Origin: Sporopachydermia quercuum
Lineage: Eukaryota
NCBI GenBank assembly: GCA_001599295.1
Contig: BCGN01000004.1
Coordinates: 1,675,676-1,739,675, forward strand
Length of the DNA stretch: 64,000 bases
Direction: 5' to 3'
Below are positions 58,507 through 64,000 of the stretch, in pieces (the first letter of the stretch is position 1; each line of letters begins with the position of its first letter). The position numbers and the translations under genes were made by a program. Under the pieces are notes generated by a model. It was not told the DNA's origin, did no database searches, and saw only the letters and a list, made by a program, of their open reading frames with translations.

Positions 58507-59350
58507 GCAATAAACTGGTTTGTTATTTTCCTCAATCCAGCTTTGAAATCATTGTACAGCAGAGGCCCAACAAAAAGAAACTAACGGTTGGGGCAATTTC
58601 ATTCAACCTTTTGATTATATTATTTATTTATCATGCATATACCTGCGATTCCACTCGCTGGATACTTACAACTTAGAATGGGTTTGATTGTGATTTTTTT
58701 TATTTTATTTTATTACCACGGGTGTTTTTTCTCCGAAAGAACATGAAGATTCAGTTATATCGCGAAGGCGAAGATTGGAGATGAGATAAGGAAATAGTTC
58801 AAGTATGTTTCCATGGGTACTTATAGGAGATTCTAATGATCATTAGCATCATCAATTCTCTTACCTGGTTACTGGTTCTTTTATTCGTGTTATAGAGCAT
58901 AGGTGTTGTTTATTTGGGGATTTGATTTTTTTGATCGTTTATGAATTGGGTAGTGTGTTGAATCGTTCACTGGAAAGTGTTTTATTTTGCTAGTGTTTTT
59001 CTTTTCCAGTAAATTGCATAGGAATCTGTTGTGTGCATGGTTTATAGGTTATTATAGAAAGTTATTTGTTGGCTCAACTTGTATATATTTGCGATAAGTC
59101 AATAGAAATATAAACACATTTGTAAAACATAAATGCAGTAGATAAATTAGATCAAGAGGCCATATCAGAATGATTGAGAAGGACCTTTGTTGATTGAACC
59201 ATCAAGTAGCTTTCCTGCAGCGCATAAATAACAACATATCTACGGTATTCAAGAGTATTGATCAGAAGATATTCAATTAATTAATTCTATATAAATAAAG
59301 CATACCCTCTTAACCACAATGATAAAGCAGCTACAACCTTTTTTGCACAT

Positions 59351-59905
<555 letters not shown>

Positions 59906-60134
59906 CTTCTTTCTCGCAGAGTAACTATGCTAATTAAAGCCTTTCAAGACCTTCGCGTGTATTGTATTATATCAACGTTACAATAAGAAAGAGTGAAGTT
60001 ATGTGTTACTTTTCATACAATACAATACATTGCGAAGTGTGCTGCATTGTTGGAGCTGAGTTGGATAGCGAGTGATGAGTTCAATTAAAGAAAATATTAC
60101 CTATGTGACCTTCAAACGTTAAGCCCGCTGTCTT

Positions 60135-60142
60135 GTCACGTG
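60135..60142. promoter_or_regulatory. Cbf1-type site GTCACGTG in the RPS31/AIM2 divergent promoter
   Basis: Exact RTCACGTG match about 330 bp upstream of the RPS31 ATG. Confidence 0.55.
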
Positions 60143-60921
60143 CTTAATATCAGGACTAGCTGGTTAGCAGATTTGGGCTACTTAATAAAGATCATGTAAT
60201 CTAAAATAGAAGTTATAGAAACTATTGTCCGAGTCGGCGAGCGGTAATTTGTAAGACCGTTGATTCCCATATCAAAGAGAATGATAAAGGGCAACCATTA
60301 CAGTTATGCGGTGACCGTTGAATTGAATTTCATTATATACATCGGTTCATATATTTCAGATGTTCTTTCCATTTGGAAGGATAATTTGTTTTCTATATCA
60401 ACTGAACATGTGTATTCATCTTTTACAACAATAGCCACAGCTACACCACTTTGAATCTGATCTCGGATATTTGTTACCCATACTCATCTATCCGGACACT
60501 TATGCCAATTGTTCGAAGGATTGTGTCATATATGATCAAATCTTTCTTTTCTTGATTCTTGGCTATCCAAAAGTTGAATGGTAGTGGTGGTATCATAATT
60601 GAGCGTCAATTCTCGATTTATAAACCTTTGTTTGTCTGAAATGAAAATTATGTACTATAATTTCTGATTTAGAGTAGACCCCCATTCCTAATTGTCCGAT
60701 GATCTGGTTTCTTTCTCAGCTCATACCTATGGGACAATTTCTACCCTGGATAACGGCAGCTCTGAATTGCTATTTATTTCTAGTTCTTTCCTCAATTGCG
60801 AATTAACAAGTTATATCTGATTATAAGAGTAATAGAACAAGAGAGTGGTCAATTACTGCTGATAATATTGTATATGTTAGTCAATGTTGAGAAAGGAAAA
60901 GTCGTAACTAGAAAGAACAAT

Positions 60922-61647
60922 ATGGCATCAAAGACTCCAGGACTTTGTTGTTTAGCTGGTGTTCTCCATAATGGGGAACCCAAAGGAAAGTATATTGATT
61001 TCCACGGTGTGAATTCATATGTTACTGGTACCGATACATCAAGAATTATCGTTATTTTGACAGATATTTATGGATATGAATTTATCAACGTCCAATTGAT
61101 TGCTGATACATTCGCTGCTGCTGGATATTATGTGATCATTCCTGATCTATTTAAAGGTACGTCTGCTATCTTTGAAGAAGTTCAAAAGGATGTTTCATAT
61201 CTATACAAATGGTTAGATGATCATCCTCCTGAGAAGATCTGGCCTATTGTTGAAAAGGTTGTTGATGACATTATTGCTGATTACAAGCCTAAGTTCTTTG
61301 GAAGTATTGGTCATTGTTTTGGTGGTAAATATGTAGTTAGATTATTGGCTACTGATAAGATTACCACTGGTGCTATTGCTCATCCTTCACTCGTCACTGA
61401 AGAGGAAGTTCAAGCTATTAAGTCTCCTATCATTATCAATGCTGCTGAGGTTGATTCTATCTTTACTGATGAACTGAGAGAAAAAACGAAGCAAATCTTA
61501 CAAGCTAATAAGATCAGATACTTTTTGACAATCACTAGTGGAGTCTCGCACGGATTTGCAGTTCGTGCTGATATTTCTGATCCTATCGAAAAGTGGGCCA
61601 AAGAAAAGGCCACTCGTGATCAAATTGAATGGTTTGATCTTTTTTAG
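60922..61647 (+). CDS. AIM2: Dienelactone hydrolase family protein (Aim2-like)
   Basis: Likely start MASKTPGLCCLAGVLHNGEPKG. Motifs ILTDIYG, NVQLIAD, GHCFGG nucleophile elbow, AEVDSIF, SGVSHGFAVR. Confidence 0.9.
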   Translation: MASKTPGLCCLAGVLHNGEPKGKYIDFHGVNSYVTGTDTSRIIVILTDIYGYEFINVQLIADTFAAAGYYVIIPDLFKGTSAIFEEVQKDVSYLYKWLDDHPPEKIWPIVEKVVDDIIADYKPKFFGSIGHCFGGKYVVRLLATDKITTGAIAHPSLVTEEEVQAIKSPIIINAAEVDSIFTDELREKTKQILQANKIRYFLTITSGVSHGFAVRADISDPIEKWAKEKATRDQIEWFDLF

Positions 61648-62660
61648 AGTGTGCAAATTAGGTCTGCACAACATGATTACTAGATATTAGCATCGATAGA
61701 CGAACCGTTTGCTGGAGGTAAGCATCTTTTCCCCCGAGCACATTGGATTCACAAGAAAATCTATTAGATTTTAGTACACTCATAATATTCTGGAGCAAAA
61801 ACCCGTAGTAGTTCTTTTTCCCACTTACTAACAAGAAGACAATTTCCCTCAATGTAGGATACCTTATTCCCTAAATCTGTAGAATATAATATCCAATAGT
61901 CAACTGATAACTATTTGTGAGTACTGAGTTCCAAGAACAATTGGATCTTTTGGCTCCTTATCTGACACATATCACTCTGCCTCATGACATATATTTGTCC
62001 AGACCACAACTCCCCTCTTGTCCCAGTCACATGAACATCTACATAGTTCAACAGACGTCATTATGCGTATATCCTTTCAAAGTTTTACATGTCTTATCGC
62101 TTACCTGATCAAAATTGGTCCTCTATCATAATTTTTTTTATTCATACAATCATCAAAAGGTTTTTGTAACATCGGAACTTTTTCATATCTTTGTTACCTT
62201 CTTTGGAGTGAACAATCAAAGGTTTTATTAAATAATGTGGCTGATAGTGTATAATTCAAAACATTTGCTATAAATTGCTATTAACAATTCAGAGGAAGAA
62301 GCATAAGTTAAGAAAAGAAGTGATTAACTAGGTATTGCCTGACTGTTCAGTGATTGTAGTCAGCACAATCCACGGCTTTTGCAGTCAGCAATTCTGTATA
62401 GAATCTGAGTGATATCAAGTATCAATCACTATCATAAACAGCTAGTGTGTTTGTTGAGCTCTTTCCTAAGAGTTATCAAGAAGTAGACAGCCAATCATCT
62501 TAATATGGCTGTTCTGAGTATATCAAGGCAAACTAATGAAAACAGAGATGTGATCGTTCCCGGAATCTCTGGGAATATGTTTTGCAGAGATGAGATGAGA
62601 GGTAAACAAAGCATCGGAACATTCAGCAAAGATTTGCCATCAACGAGTACAACCAAAACA

Positions 62661-63401
62661 ATGGCGTATTCGAAATTTGATGAACTGGTAGAAAACATTG
62701 GAGAAATATTCGAACAAACAGATAAAGAAGGACCATTGACATTTGATGATGTTGATTTGGAGTCTTTGAAAAGGTTATTGGATGCGTATAAGTCCAATGA
62801 AGAAGAATGGGGTAAATATGCTCTTTCAGATCCAACAAGACACTACACCAGAAATGGTGTTGAAAAATACGCTGATAAAGCTGATTTGCTTATATTGGTA
62901 TGGAATCCAGGCAGATCTTCGTTAATTCATGACCACTCAGGTGCTCATTGTATAATGAAGATTCTGAAAGGAAACTTGCTTGAAACACAGTACGATTATC
63001 CATTAAATGATGATAGTGAGAAAATTGACATCAAGGTTAAAAAGCGAACCATATTACATGAAGGAGCACTTGCATATATAAGTGATCATATTGGATTGCA
63101 TAAAATGAGTAACTTATCCACAGGAAATAAAACACTAAACAAGGAATTATTGTCATGCATATCGTCAAATGAGATAGGCATCTTAGATCAAGAAGGTATG
63201 ACAGATCAGTTTTTAACTAAACATTTTGTCAATGTTTCTGATGAACCTGCAGTTTCTTTGCATTTGTATACCCCACCTTATGCTTCAAAATATGGGTGTC
63301 ATACTTTTGAAAATGACGGAACAAAGCGTAAAGTATTAATGTCCAACTTGTATAGTTTCAAGGGAGTACATGAAAATACTGCTGCTCACAATACTTGTTA
63401 A
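62661..63401 (+). CDS. CDG1: Cysteine dioxygenase type I (an in-frame upstream ATG exists at 62505)
   Basis: YTRNGV, LILVWNPG, HDHSGAHCIMKILKG, YISDHIGLHKM, AVSLHLYTPPY. The ATG at 62661 has an A-rich context (AAAACAATG); the start choice is inference. Confidence 0.92.
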   Translation: MAYSKFDELVENIGEIFEQTDKEGPLTFDDVDLESLKRLLDAYKSNEEEWGKYALSDPTRHYTRNGVEKYADKADLLILVWNPGRSSLIHDHSGAHCIMKILKGNLLETQYDYPLNDDSEKIDIKVKKRTILHEGALAYISDHIGLHKMSNLSTGNKTLNKELLSCISSNEIGILDQEGMTDQFLTKHFVNVSDEPAVSLHLYTPPYASKYGCHTFENDGTKRKVLMSNLYSFKGVHENTAAHNTC

Positions 63402-64000
63402 GCTGTTTGTTCTAAGTCATAAAGGAGAGCTCCTTCTCTTCTTTATTGTATCTCTAATTTTGAATATATTGGGTTGGTTGAGTTCTATGTCTTTTGCTAT
63501 TGGTATTGTTTTCTCATTGATGGCTATTCATAATGTCTCAGGAATTTTAAGTGATTTAGACCATGAGTTTTCCTTACTCAGCTACGGAGGTTTCATCCCA
63601 AAATCAGTTATTAGTTCCTGGTGTTTTTACTTCGCTCTCTCTCTCTCTATTTTCTCATCTTATAATGAATTATCTAAATAGCATTGGAATTATCTTTTTT
63701 TTATGGCGTTGGTTGGTTTTCATATTCATATTGCATTGTCCTAGGATAACTGGAGTCTTTCTTTACAAATGTTTCAAACAGAGCAAAAAAATAAAAAATA
63801 AAAATTGATGAAATAAACAAAAATATTTAATATAACATATTTGATGTTCACTTGTAGAATTATTATTTATTATACGGTGAAAATCAATCAAGCAAACGAT
63901 TAGACAATGAAATCAGCAAGTATTTTATCAGCTGATTAACATTCCATCGGTTACTGATAACTGATTCAAATAATCCTGAACCTTTCTACATTTTCATCCA

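Noticed and set aside
63370..63808. Hydrophobic ORFs downstream of the cysteine dioxygenase gene
   Set aside because: The hydrophobicity follows from T-rich 3' flanking sequence; they overlap the CDO end or each other and show no family motif.

Overview
Gene-dense, AT-rich nuclear DNA from an ascomycete budding yeast. It uses the standard code (CTG sits at conserved Leu positions in CHK1 and the helicase) and has frequent short spliceosomal introns, which points by inference to an early-diverging Saccharomycotina lineage. About 25 protein genes are supported: CHK1, a flavin-reductase-like protein, type II dehydroquinase, GH47 mannosidase, GNA1, a 5-exon SmG gene missed by the ORF track, a putative CENP-P/Ctf19-like protein, a Pif1/Rrm3 helicase, an ODC carrier, COX6, ELF1, a histidine-phosphatase-family protein, an MHP1/GIP3-like LRR protein, a class I GATase, calcipressin, CIC1/UTP30-like, ERF2, an AZUL-HECT E3 ligase, UPS2, RPS31, AIM2, cysteine dioxygenase and several orphans. 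No tRNA, rRNA, transposon or CRISPR array was recognised. The most striking unexplained structure is ODC intron 1: its only canonical branch point lies 310 nt from the 3' splice site, and the intervening ~300 nt can fold into one long hairpin that restores the 8-17 nt spacing seen in the other introns here. Other highlights are an E6AP/UBE3A-type AZUL finger on a yeast HECT ligase, an orphan intron, a 12-mer GATAAG minisatellite and CCG/CGG-rich sequence domains.
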